Shown: piece after piece, positions 9,267-17,706 of the stretch
How positions within the stretch are numbered: position 1 is the stretch's first letter
Layout: each line of letters starts with the position of its first letter
From: Planctomycetota bacterium
GTDB lineage: Bacteria > Planctomycetota > UBA1135 > JAKEFM01
DNA: 64,000 nucleotides
Assembly (NCBI GenBank): GCA_022616055.1
Contig: JAKEFM010000240.1
Location: forward strand, 5,504-69,503
Reading direction: 5' to 3'
Position numbers and translations under genes: made by a program
The notes under the pieces: generated by a model
Told to the model about the DNA's origin: nothing
The model's database searches: none
The model's input: the letters and a program-made list of their open reading frames with translations, nothing else

Positions 9267-11354
9267 TCAGGGCCTGGAGAGGGTGATCGCGACTTCGGCC
9301 TGGCCCCCCGCTTCGAGGAGGGCGAACGCGGCGTCCGAGCGGCGGCCGGCCGCCTCGGCGCGGAACTCCCAGCGCCCCGGGCGAAGTCCCTTCGCCTCGA
9401 AGGCGCCCTTGGAATCGGTCGTGGGATCGAGGCTCACGATCGCCTCGCGCCCGGTGGGGTCGGTGATCCGGACCTCGGCGCCGGCGACCGGCTGGCCGCC
9501 CTCGTCCTCCACCCGCACGCGCGCGCTGGCGCCGGGCCCGAGGCGCAGGTCGGCGCCCGCGAGCGCCTCGCCGGCTCCCAGGCGGATCGGCTCGAGCCGC
9601 TCGAATCCGCGGGCGCCGGAGAAGTCGATGGCGGTGACCCCGTAGATCCCCGCGGCGAGGAAGGGAAACCGATACCGCCCCTCGAGGTCGGTCATCACCT
9701 TCCCGGCGAACTTCCCTTCCACGCCCGGCGCTTCGGTGCGCTCCAGGAGGAGGACCGCGCCCGCGACGGGCCTTCCCGTCGCGGCGTCGAGCACCGCTCC
9801 GGAGATCGCGCCCTCCGCCAGAACGAGGTCGCGCCGGGTCTCCCCCTCGGCGGCCACGTCCACCTCCTCGACGACGACGAAGTTGGGACCCGAGTCCCCC
9901 CCGGCGCAGATCCCGTAGCGACCCGGCCGGAGACCGGCGAATCGGTAGGTCCCGTCCGGGTCGACCGGAGCCGTGCGCCAGCCTGTCGGGCTCTTGTCCC
10001 CGGAGAGCTGGATCGAGATCGCGAGTCCGGGGACGGTCCCTCCCCGCGCGTCGAGCACGCGCCCCGCGAGGACGCCCCCCTCCGGCTCCTTGCCGCCGAA
10101 GTCGACGGTCTCGAACGCGCCGCGCCGGACGACGACCGGGAGGACCCCCTTCGCCGTCCGCTGGTACGCCCGGTCGACCGGGCCGATCCACAGGACGACC
10201 TGGAAGCCGGGGAGGAGGTTCCCCACCTCGTAGCGCCCCTCCGCGTCGGTGACCGCCAGCCCGTAGGTCATGCGCCTGCGCGGATCGAAGTCGGAGACGG
10301 AGACGATGATCAGGTGGTTCGCGAGGGGCTCGCCGCGCTCCCCTCGCACCCGGCCGCGGACGCCGCCCCCCGCCTCGAGCCGCAGCTCGACTCCCTCCCG
10401 CGCTCCACCGGCCTCGAGCTCGAGGGGCCGGGTGAACGCGGGGGCCTTTCCCGCATGGAGCGCGCGCAGGACGTGGCTTCCGGGCGAGAGGTGCGGAATC
10501 TCGAAGGTTCCGTCCTCCCCCGTCACGGCCACGCGGCGGTCCGCCCCGGGGAGATGCTTCGGCGAGGTGGGGAGGACCTTCGCCGGCGCGTCGGTGTCGC
10601 TCAGCACCCGCACACCGGGGAGCGGCGCCCCGCTCGCGGCGTCGAGGACGACGCCGCGGATCGTCGCGCCGCGCACCAGAGCGATCTCGACGGGGCCCGT
10701 GCCGACCTCGACCTCGCGGCTTGCGATCGCGTATCCCGAGGCGTCGAGGTAGAGCCGGAAGCGCTTCCCCTCGAGGTCGCCGACCGAGAAGCGTCCCCCG
10801 GGGTCCTCGACCGCCCTCTCGATCGGCTCGCTCACCTCGAAGAGCCCTTCCTCGCGGATGAGGACGACGCGGAACGATCCGACCGGCTCGCCGGTCTCCG
10901 CGTCGCGCACCCCTCCGAGGACGGTTCCCTCGAGGCCGGGCACCGCACCGGGCGCCTCCGGCGCCGCGGCCACGGCTTCCCCGACCCGCCGGCGCGTCGC
11001 GCCCGGAGCGATCTCCGGTCCCTCCTTCTCCCCCGGCGTCACCCCGGGAGGCGCCCCAGGACCCGGACCCGCGATTTCGCGGTCCGGGGATCCGGGAACC
11101 GTCACTCCCTTCCCGCCGCGGAGGGCGAAGGTGACCGTCGCTCCGAGGAGGAGCCCGGCCGCCGCGATCGATAGGCCCCGCACGAGCCGCGGCGTCCACA
11201 CCGTTCGCCGCACCGGCTTCGCCGGAACCTCCTCCCCGAGCCGATCCTCGAGCGCCGACAGGAGCCGGCGCCGGAACGCCTCCTCCGCCCGGACGGGGCG
11301 GTAGGCCCGGCGCAGGAGCGCGGCGATGTTGCGTTCGAGGACCGACCCGCTCAC
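9267..11354 (-). CDS. putative anti-sigma factor: single-pass membrane protein with about six periplasmic CarboxypepD_reg-like repeats
   Basis: GTG at 11354 overlaps the ECF sigma stop (GTGA). A cytoplasmic ~70 aa region is followed by TM helix GLSIAAAGLLLGATVTFAL. Repeated G.V.D...G.P..GA.V...TD..G.Y.F..L.PG.Y beta-sandwich motifs follow. The rest of track ORF 9267..12122 is a shadow of the sigma gene. Confidence 0.75.
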   Translation of the reverse strand: MSGSVLERNIAALLRRAYRPVRAEEAFRRRLLSALEDRLGEEVPAKPVRRTVWTPRLVRGLSIAAAGLLLGATVTFALRGGKGVTVPGSPDREIAGPGPGAPPGVTPGEKEGPEIAPGATRRRVGEAVAAAPEAPGAVPGLEGTVLGGVRDAETGEPVGSFRVVLIREEGLFEVSEPIERAVEDPGGRFSVGDLEGKRFRLYLDASGYAIASREVEVGTGPVEIALVRGATIRGVVLDAASGAPLPGVRVLSDTDAPAKVLPTSPKHLPGADRRVAVTGEDGTFEIPHLSPGSHVLRALHAGKAPAFTRPLELEAGGAREGVELRLEAGGGVRGRVRGERGEPLANHLIIVSVSDFDPRRRMTYGLAVTDAEGRYEVGNLLPGFQVVLWIGPVDRAYQRTAKGVLPVVVRRGAFETVDFGGKEPEGGVLAGRVLDARGGTVPGLAISIQLSGDKSPTGWRTAPVDPDGTYRFAGLRPGRYGICAGGDSGPNFVVVEEVDVAAEGETRRDLVLAEGAISGAVLDAATGRPVAGAVLLLERTEAPGVEGKFAGKVMTDLEGRYRFPFLAAGIYGVTAIDFSGARGFERLEPIRLGAGEALAGADLRLGPGASARVRVEDEGGQPVAGAEVRITDPTGREAIVSLDPTTDSKGAFEAKGLRPGRWEFRAEAAGRRSDAAFALLEAGGQAEVAITLSRP

Positions 11355-11965
11355 GCGAGCCCTCCCCTCCGCCCGGCCAGGAGCGCAAGGACGCGCGCGA
11401 ACGCCGTCCGCGCCCGCGTCAGGAGCGACTCGACCGCCTTCTCCCCCTTCCCGGTCCGTTTCGCGATCTCCGCGACGGGGAGGTCCTCGAGGTACTTCGC
11501 GAGGAGGGCCCGGCGGTACTCGGGCGGAAGCGAGGAGAGGACCGCGCCGACGAGTTCGCTCGTCTCCTTCGACTCGAGGACCGCCTCGGGGAGCGGCTCG
11601 CGCTCGACGTTCGCGAGGATCCGTTCGATCTCCGGGTCGACCTCCTCGAGCAGGTCGTCGAGCGGGATCCCCCGCCTCACCCTCCGGCGCTCGCGGATCT
11701 TGTTCTTGGCGATCCCGCAGATCCACGTGTGCAGGCTCGATCGCCCGTCGAAGTCCCCGATCCTCTGGAGGACGACGAGGAACGTGTCCTGGACGAGGTC
11801 CTCCGTAGCATCCCGGTCCCGACCGATCCGGTAGTGGACGAACTCGTAGAGGGCGTCGAGGTGGCGTTCGAGGAGCGTTCCCGCCGCGGCGCGGTCGCCG
11901 GCGAGGAGGCGCTCCCGGAGGAGCCGATCCTCCGCGTCGTCGGGGTAGGGGGGGAGTCGGCGCAA
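11351..11965 (-). CDS. ECF-family RNA polymerase sigma-70 factor
   Basis: Region 2 is DLVQDTFLVVLQRIGDFDGRSSLHTWICGIAKNKIRERRR. Region 4 is YRRALLAKYLEDLPVAEIAKRTGKGEKAVESLLTRAR. TTG start. Confidence 0.9.
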   Translation of the reverse strand: MRRLPPYPDDAEDRLLRERLLAGDRAAAGTLLERHLDALYEFVHYRIGRDRDATEDLVQDTFLVVLQRIGDFDGRSSLHTWICGIAKNKIRERRRVRRGIPLDDLLEEVDPEIERILANVEREPLPEAVLESKETSELVGAVLSSLPPEYRRALLAKYLEDLPVAEIAKRTGKGEKAVESLLTRARTAFARVLALLAGRRGGLA

Positions 11966-12162
11966 GTCCTGAGATTAGTGGCGGGTCCGCCGGGAATCCT
12001 TCGCCGGGGACCTTCGGGGCGGCTGCCCCCGGTTCGGGGCGTGTGGAGGAGGCCGCCGCACGATGCCCCTCGAAACGGGGGGGCACGGCGAGGGGCCTCG
12101 AGGTGGCGGCCGCCTGTCCCAACCGTACGCCGTCGGATTCGAATCCAGGCCCTACTCGGCCC

Positions 12163-12864
12163 TCACCCCTCGCTCTTCCTGCACCCTGGACAATTCGAGT
12201 GGTCGTTCACCAGGACTTCGCGACCGAGCCAGACGAAGTCGGGGGAGAGCTGCCTCGTTTCCGCTCCGCCTCCCGCGTGGCCCCTCTCGATCCTTCCGTT
12301 CGGACCGTTCCAGATCATGAGTGGGCCGAGGAGGGCGGCCCGGCCCTCCGGCGCGTCCAGGTAGCCGAGGAGACCGAAGAGCTGGAATCCGCGGAAGTCG
12401 GGCCCGATCCCGACGTAGGTCAAGGGGAAGAGGCCGACCAGGTCGGGTGGTCGCCCCCGCAGCATGTCCGTTCCCGGGAGGAGGGAGAGCCACGGCATGA
12501 GAAACCAGAATCCGGGCATCAGCCGGACGGTCCTGTCTTCGGGATGCCGACCCAGGAGGACCTCCCGGGTCGACCCATCCGATGCCACGCGGATGGGGAT
12601 CGGTCGAGCCGGATCCTCCGCACGCAGGGCCTGGAAGAACTCGCGGCGCGTCCGGACGGGTCTTCCGGCGACGGCGACGATCAAGTCCCCTCGCCTCAGT
12701 CCCTGGTGGGCCAGGGCACGCTCCTGGTCGGGCTCGACGTACCCCACCCGAACCCCCCCGGGCCCCTCCCGCGAAGCCTCCACATGGAAGGGAACGAGCC
12801 AGCATCGGTAGGTCGTGACGTGCCCGCCGAGGGCGCACGAGGGGAGGAGTGAGGCGAGGAACAT
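12163..12864 (-). CDS. PDZ domain-containing membrane protein
   Basis: ATG at 12864 within track ORF 12163..14385. N-terminus is hydrophobic (MFLASLLPSCALGG). PDZ-like segment GLRRGDLIVAVAGRPVRTRREFFQAL. Hydrophobic C-terminal half. Confidence 0.65.
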   Translation of the reverse strand: MFLASLLPSCALGGHVTTYRCWLVPFHVEASREGPGGVRVGYVEPDQERALAHQGLRRGDLIVAVAGRPVRTRREFFQALRAEDPARPIPIRVASDGSTREVLLGRHPEDRTVRLMPGFWFLMPWLSLLPGTDMLRGRPPDLVGLFPLTYVGIGPDFRGFQLFGLLGYLDAPEGRAALLGPLMIWNGPNGRIERGHAGGGAETRQLSPDFVWLGREVLVNDHSNCPGCRKSEG

Positions 12865-12977
12865 CACCCCGGCTCGGGCCGTGAGCAGGAGCCCGCTACC
12901 TCCGGGCAGGTTCGCTGCCTGACGCTCACACGAAGGAGAGGCTCCCATGCCGTCGACTCTCCTTGGATGGCACGCTT

Positions 12978-14708
12978 TCACATCTCCTCGGGCGCCGCGA
13001 CGCCGAGCAGCCCGAGGCCGACGCGCAGCGTCGCCCTCGCCCCCTCGACGAGGAGGAGCCGCGCCCGCATCAGGGCCTCGTCCTCCCCGATCACCCGGTG
13101 GTCGCGGTAGAAGCCGTTCGCCCGCTGGGCGAGGTCGAGGAGGTAGGTGGAAAGGATCGAGGGCTCGTAGCGGTCTCCCGCCTCGGCGACGGCGCGAGGG
13201 AACTCCGCCAGGACGGGGAGGAGGTCGCCCGCGTCGGCGAGGAGGCCGAAGTCGGTCTTCGCCGGGTCGGGCGCGACGGGGGCCTTGCGGAGGATCGAGC
13301 AGAGGCGCGCGTGCGTGTACTGGAGGTAGGGACCCGTCTCCCCGTCGAAGTTCAGGACCTCCTTCCAGTCGAAGACGACGTCCTTCACGCGGGCGTTCTT
13401 GAGATCGTGGAAGACGACCGCCCCGACGCCGACGGCGCGAGCCACCGCCTCGGTGTCGGCGAGGTCGGGGTTCTTCTCGCGGAGGATCCCACGCACGAGG
13501 TCGATCGAGCGGCGGAGCAGCTCCTCGAGGTGGACTGCCTTGCCGCGGCGGGTCGACATCTTCTCGACCCCCTCCTCCGCCCGGATCTGCATCAGGCCGA
13601 AGTCGACGTGGACGACGTCCTCCGCCCAGGGAAGCCCGAGGCGCTTGAGCACCTCCCGCAGCTGGCGGAAGTGGAGGCGCTGGTCCGCGCCGACGACGTA
13701 GAGCGCCTTCCAGAAGTCGAACTCCTTCTTGCGCTGGAGCGCCGCCGCGAGGTCGCGGGTGGCGTAGAGGGTCGTCCCCTCGGCCGTCTGGAGGATGCAG
13801 GGAGGCATCCCCGCGTCCTCGAGGTCGACGATGAGCGCGCCCTCGCTCCTCTTCGTCACGCCCGCCGCGACGAGCCGCTCGATCGTCGGGGCGAGATCCT
13901 TCTCGTAGTGGGACTCGCCGCGCACGAAGTCGAAGCGGACGCCGAGGAGGGAGTAGATCCGGTCGAACTCGCGGAGCGAGAGGTCGGTCAGCCGCCGCCA
14001 GAGCGCGCGCGCCTCGTTCTCCTCGCCCGACTCGAGCGCCTTGAACCAGGTGCGCGCCTGCGCGGAGAGCTTCCCCGAGGCGTCCTTCCCCTCCTCCTCG
14101 TGGAAGCGGACGTAGAGCTCGTGGAGGTGCGGGATCGGATCGCTCTCGAGACGCGCGGGGTCCCCCCAGAGCTTGAAGGCCGCGATCATCCGGCCGTACT
14201 GCGCCCCCCAGTCCCCGAGGTGGTTGATCCCGACGCACCGGAACCCGCGGTGCGCGAGGAGGCGGTAGACGGCGGCGCCGATCACGGTCGACCGGAGGTG
14301 GCCGACGGAGAGGGGCTTGGCGATGTTCGGGGAGGAGAAGTCGACGACGGCGCATCGGCCGCTCCCGTCCTGGCCGCCCCCCCACCGTTCGCCGGCCGAC
14401 CGGATCGCGGGGAGGAGCTCGCGGGCGAGGGTCGCCCGATCGACGGTGAAGTTGAGGTAGGGGCCCGTCGCCCGGAGGCCGATCGCGGGGCCGAGGTCCG
14501 AGAGGAGCGGCGCGAGGGAGGCGGCCACCTTCGGGGGTGGCTCCCGGCGCTCCTTCGCGAGGGCGAAGCAGGGGAAGGCGTGGTCCCCCATCGCCCGGTC
14601 GCGCGGCGTCTCGAGGACGATCGAGGCCGGCGGCCGTCCCGTCGCGCGGGAGAGGGCCTGGAGGATCTCGGTCCGGAAGTCGCGCACGGCTACGACCAGT
14701 TCTCCCAC
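12978..14708 (-). CDS. argS: arginine--tRNA ligase
   Basis: Class-I motifs SSPNIAKPLSVGHLRS (HIGH-like) and KMSTRRG (KMSK-like), plus an ArgRS-type C-terminal anticodon-binding domain. GTG 14708 overlaps the ABC-F gene by 19 nt. An alternative in-frame GTG at 14687 would remove the overlap. Confidence 0.95.
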   Translation of the reverse strand: MGELVVAVRDFRTEILQALSRATGRPPASIVLETPRDRAMGDHAFPCFALAKERREPPPKVAASLAPLLSDLGPAIGLRATGPYLNFTVDRATLARELLPAIRSAGERWGGGQDGSGRCAVVDFSSPNIAKPLSVGHLRSTVIGAAVYRLLAHRGFRCVGINHLGDWGAQYGRMIAAFKLWGDPARLESDPIPHLHELYVRFHEEEGKDASGKLSAQARTWFKALESGEENEARALWRRLTDLSLREFDRIYSLLGVRFDFVRGESHYEKDLAPTIERLVAAGVTKRSEGALIVDLEDAGMPPCILQTAEGTTLYATRDLAAALQRKKEFDFWKALYVVGADQRLHFRQLREVLKRLGLPWAEDVVHVDFGLMQIRAEEGVEKMSTRRGKAVHLEELLRRSIDLVRGILREKNPDLADTEAVARAVGVGAVVFHDLKNARVKDVVFDWKEVLNFDGETGPYLQYTHARLCSILRKAPVAPDPAKTDFGLLADAGDLLPVLAEFPRAVAEAGDRYEPSILSTYLLDLAQRANGFYRDHRVIGEDEALMRARLLLVEGARATLRVGLGLLGVAAPEEM

Positions 14709-16594
14709 TCCCGGTAGAGCCCCTCGAGCTCGGTGCGGAGCCCCTCGCGCTCGGAGGCGAGCGCCTTCATGCGCGCCCCGTCGAGGTAGACCTCCGGGAG
14801 AGCGGTCTCGGCCTCGATCGCACGGAGTCTCTCCTCGAGGGCGAGGATGCGCTCCTCGAGGCGCGCGAACTTATACGGGTTGCGGATCTTCCCCGCGACG
14901 GGGGCCGGGGCGGGGTCTTTGACGGACGCGGGCGGGGACGGTTTCTCCCGGACGCGCGAGGCTTCCTCGCTCGCCCGCTCCTCGGCGCGCCGGCGCTCGA
15001 AGGCGGCGTAGTTCCCCTCGTAGAGGCGGGCCCGGCCGTCCTCGAGGTGGAGGATCCGATCGGCGACCTGGTCGAGGAAGGCGCGGTCGTGGGAGACGAG
15101 GACCACCGCCCCCGGATAGCGCGAGAGCCCCTCCTCGAGTCCCTCGCGGGCGAAGACGTCGAGGTGGTTCGTCGGCTCGTCGAGGAGGAGGAGGGAGGTC
15201 GGCTCGAGGGTGAGGCGGGCGAGGGCGACGCGGGCGCGCTCGCCCCCGGAGAGGGTCGTCAGGGGCGCGAAGACGGCCTCGCCCCGGAAGAGGAACCGGG
15301 CAAGGTGGTCGCGCAGCTCCGGCTCGAGCGCCCCGGGCTTCCCCTGGGCGGTTTCCTGGATCACGGTCTTCGACAGGTCGAGGTCGGCGAGCTCCTGGTC
15401 GTACGTGCCCGCGGGCCCGTCCCCCCGGTAGCGGGCTTCGCCCTCGTCGGGGAGGCGCTCCCTCGAGGCGATCCGGAGGAGCGTCGTCTTCCCGCAGCCG
15501 TTGCGGCCGACGACGCCGAGGCGCTCGCCGCGGCGGACGGTGAGGTCGAGGCCCTCGAAGAGCGTCCGGCCGCCGAGCCGGGCCGCGACGCCGCGCAGCT
15601 CGAGGACGGACTCGCCCCCCCGCTTCGGCTCGGTCGGCGCGGAGCCGAAGGCGACGCGGGGGCCCGAGGCCTCCGGCCGCGGGGCGTTCGGGACCTCGAG
15701 GCGCTCGAGACGCCGGCGCCGGCCGACCGCCTCCCGCGAGCGCTGGCTCCCGATGTTCCGGCGGATGAACTCCTCCTCCTTCGCGACGAAACGGGCGACC
15801 CGCTCGGCCTCCCTGGCTTGGGTGATGAGCCGGAGCCGGCGCGCCTCCTCGAACCTCTCGAAGTTCCCCCGGTAGCGGTCGACCGTCGGGCTCTCGACGT
15901 GCAGGATCGACCGCGCGAGGGTGTCGAGGAGGCGGCGGTCGTGGGAGACGATGGCGACCGCGCCGGGGTAATCGCGCAGCCGCGCCTCGAGGTACTCGAT
16001 CCCGGCGACGTCGAGGTGGTTCGTCGGCTCGTCGAGGAGGAGGAGGTCGAAGCCCGCCGCGAGGAGCCCCGCGAGAGCCGCCCTCGCCTTCTCCCCGCCC
16101 GAGAGGGTCCCCGCGGGGCGGCCGAAGTCCTCCTTCCGGAACCCGAACGCGGAGAGCCCCTCCTCCACCCGCCGGGGAGCCTCCCAGCCGCCGAGCGCGG
16201 CGAACCGGGACTGGACCTCGTCGTGCCGCCGGACGAGGCGGGCGCGCCGCTCCTCGTCCCTTTCCGCCGCGATCTCCTCCTCCATGGCCCGCAGGTCCGC
16301 CTCGATCTCCCGGTTGCCCGCGAGGGGGAAGGTGGCGACGTCGAGGACGCTCGCCTCCGCGGGAACGTCGGGGATCTGGCCGAGGACGCCGATGCGGGAG
16401 CCCGAGCGCTGGGCGCGCTTCCCGCCGTCGGGCTCCTCCAGGCCCGCGAGGAGCCGGAGGAGGGTCGTCTTCCCGGCGCCGTTGCGACCGACGATCCCGA
16501 CGCGGTCCCCCTCGCCGATCCGGACGTCGACCCGGTCGAGGATGACGCGGTCCCCGAAGGCCCGGCGGACCTTCTCGAGCGCGACGAGGGTCAC
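14690..16594 (-). CDS. ABC-F family ATP-binding cassette protein (translation-associated type)
   Basis: Two Walker A motifs (GRNGAGKTT, GRNGCGKTT), two signature motifs (LSGGEKAR, LSGGERAR), an inter-domain linker and a C-terminal coiled coil. GTG 16594 overlaps the upstream stop (GTGA). Confidence 0.9.
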   Translation of the reverse strand: MTLVALEKVRRAFGDRVILDRVDVRIGEGDRVGIVGRNGAGKTTLLRLLAGLEEPDGGKRAQRSGSRIGVLGQIPDVPAEASVLDVATFPLAGNREIEADLRAMEEEIAAERDEERRARLVRRHDEVQSRFAALGGWEAPRRVEEGLSAFGFRKEDFGRPAGTLSGGEKARAALAGLLAAGFDLLLLDEPTNHLDVAGIEYLEARLRDYPGAVAIVSHDRRLLDTLARSILHVESPTVDRYRGNFERFEEARRLRLITQAREAERVARFVAKEEEFIRRNIGSQRSREAVGRRRRLERLEVPNAPRPEASGPRVAFGSAPTEPKRGGESVLELRGVAARLGGRTLFEGLDLTVRRGERLGVVGRNGCGKTTLLRIASRERLPDEGEARYRGDGPAGTYDQELADLDLSKTVIQETAQGKPGALEPELRDHLARFLFRGEAVFAPLTTLSGGERARVALARLTLEPTSLLLLDEPTNHLDVFAREGLEEGLSRYPGAVVLVSHDRAFLDQVADRILHLEDGRARLYEGNYAAFERRRAEERASEEASRVREKPSPPASVKDPAPAPVAGKIRNPYKFARLEERILALEERLRAIEAETALPEVYLDGARMKALASEREGLRTELEGLYREWENWS

Positions 16595-17181
16595 CGGCCC
16601 CTGAGACCTCCGAGGACGCGCTCGAGGCTCTCCCCCATCCGGCCCTCGAGGTCGTCGCGGAGGGCGAGGGCGAGCTCGTGGTTGCGCCGCACGAAGGGGG
16701 TGTCGCCGTAACGCCGGACGAGATCGTCCGTCCGCTCCTCGACCGTCACGATCCGGTCGTGGGCGACGACGGAGTCGGCGAGCGCGACGACCCGGTCCTC
16801 GAGGGTGAGTTCGGGGAACCCGAACGTCTCGAAGACGCTCTGGAGGAAGCGCGGCGACCACCGGCCGTCGCGGAGCATCTCCTCGAGGGTGCGCCCCTTG
16901 ATCCAGTGGGCGACGCACCCGCGCGCGTAGCGCTCGAGCCCCGCGCGGCGCAGGAGGACGTAGCCGACCCAGCCGTGGGCCGGGCCGTGGGTGCGGGAGC
17001 GGCCGAGGTCGTGGAAGAGGCCGAGGACGCCGAGGTGCTCGGGGTCCGCGCCCTCGCCACTGCGCGCGAGAGCCTCCCCGATCGCCCGGGACACGTCGGC
17101 GACCCGCAGGGAGTGCCTCTTCCAGAGCGCCTCGCCGGGGGCGAGGGCGTCGAAGACCTCGATCGCCTGGCGCCCGTTCAC
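16591..17181 (-). CDS. HD domain-containing phosphohydrolase
   Basis: GTG 17181 overlaps the NUDIX stop (GTGA). H...HD motif: HSLRVADV...LGLFHDLGRS. The upstream part of track ORF 16591..17622 is junk. Confidence 0.75.
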   Translation of the reverse strand: MNGRQAIEVFDALAPGEALWKRHSLRVADVSRAIGEALARSGEGADPEHLGVLGLFHDLGRSRTHGPAHGWVGYVLLRRAGLERYARGCVAHWIKGRTLEEMLRDGRWSPRFLQSVFETFGFPELTLEDRVVALADSVVAHDRIVTVEERTDDLVRRYGDTPFVRRNHELALALRDDLEGRMGESLERVLGGLRGR

Positions 17182-17636
17182 CCGGCCTCCGCGCCCCGGA
17201 GGTGCGCGAGCGCCTTCCTCGCCACCTCCCGCAGGTTCCCGTGCTCGAGTCGCTCGAGGGTCTCCCGCGCGGAAAACCATCCCGAGCGGTCGTGCTCGGA
17301 GGAGAGGCGGTGGCTCTCGCCGGGGCTCCGGCCGAGGAAGTAGACGACCCGCTTCTCGAGGCCCGCGTCCGCCGACTCGTGGGCGGAGCCCCGCCGGACC
17401 CGGTAGCGGATCTCGATCCTGAACTCGCGATCGAGATCGAACGACTCGATCCCCGTCTCCTCGCGCGCCTCCCGGAGCGCTCCCGTGACGTCGTCCTCCC
17501 CCTCCTCGAGGTGGCCCTTCGGGAAGCCCCACTCCCGGTGGACGGGGTTGTGGAGGAGGAGGAATCGCTCCTCCCCGGCCGGACCGGTGTAGAGGATCAC
17601 GCCGGCGGCGCGCAGGGGACACCTTCTCGAGCTCAA
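17178..17636 (-). CDS. NUDIX hydrolase
   Basis: NUDIX box GFPKGHLEEGEDDVTGALREAREETGI (GX5EX7REUXEEXGU). Only an in-frame TTG (17636) is available just upstream of the conserved AAGVILY strand, so the start is uncertain. Confidence 0.8.
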   Translation of the reverse strand: MSSRRCPLRAAGVILYTGPAGEERFLLLHNPVHREWGFPKGHLEEGEDDVTGALREAREETGIESFDLDREFRIEIRYRVRRGSAHESADAGLEKRVVYFLGRSPGESHRLSSEHDRSGWFSARETLERLEHGNLREVARKALAHLRGAEAG

Positions 17637-17692
17637 GGGAATCCGGCGAGTGTAGGTCGGCGGGGAGCGTTCCGGGAGGGCGCGGCCCCCGC

Positions 17693-17698
17693 TATCCT
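17693..17698 (+). promoter_or_regulatory. candidate -10 hexamer TATCCT; pyrK mRNA possibly leaderless
   Basis: An isolated TAnnnT hexamer in a GC-rich divergent intergenic region. The A of the pyrK ATG (17707) lies 9 nt after the hexamer and no SD is visible. Confidence 0.25.
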
Positions 17699-17706
17699 CC
17701 CGCCCG

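Noticed and set aside
12135-12146. GGATTCGAATCC, resembling a tRNA T-arm/T-loop
   Set aside because: It is a loopless 12-nt palindrome. I could not build an acceptor, D or anticodon arm on either strand around it. It is not a tRNA.
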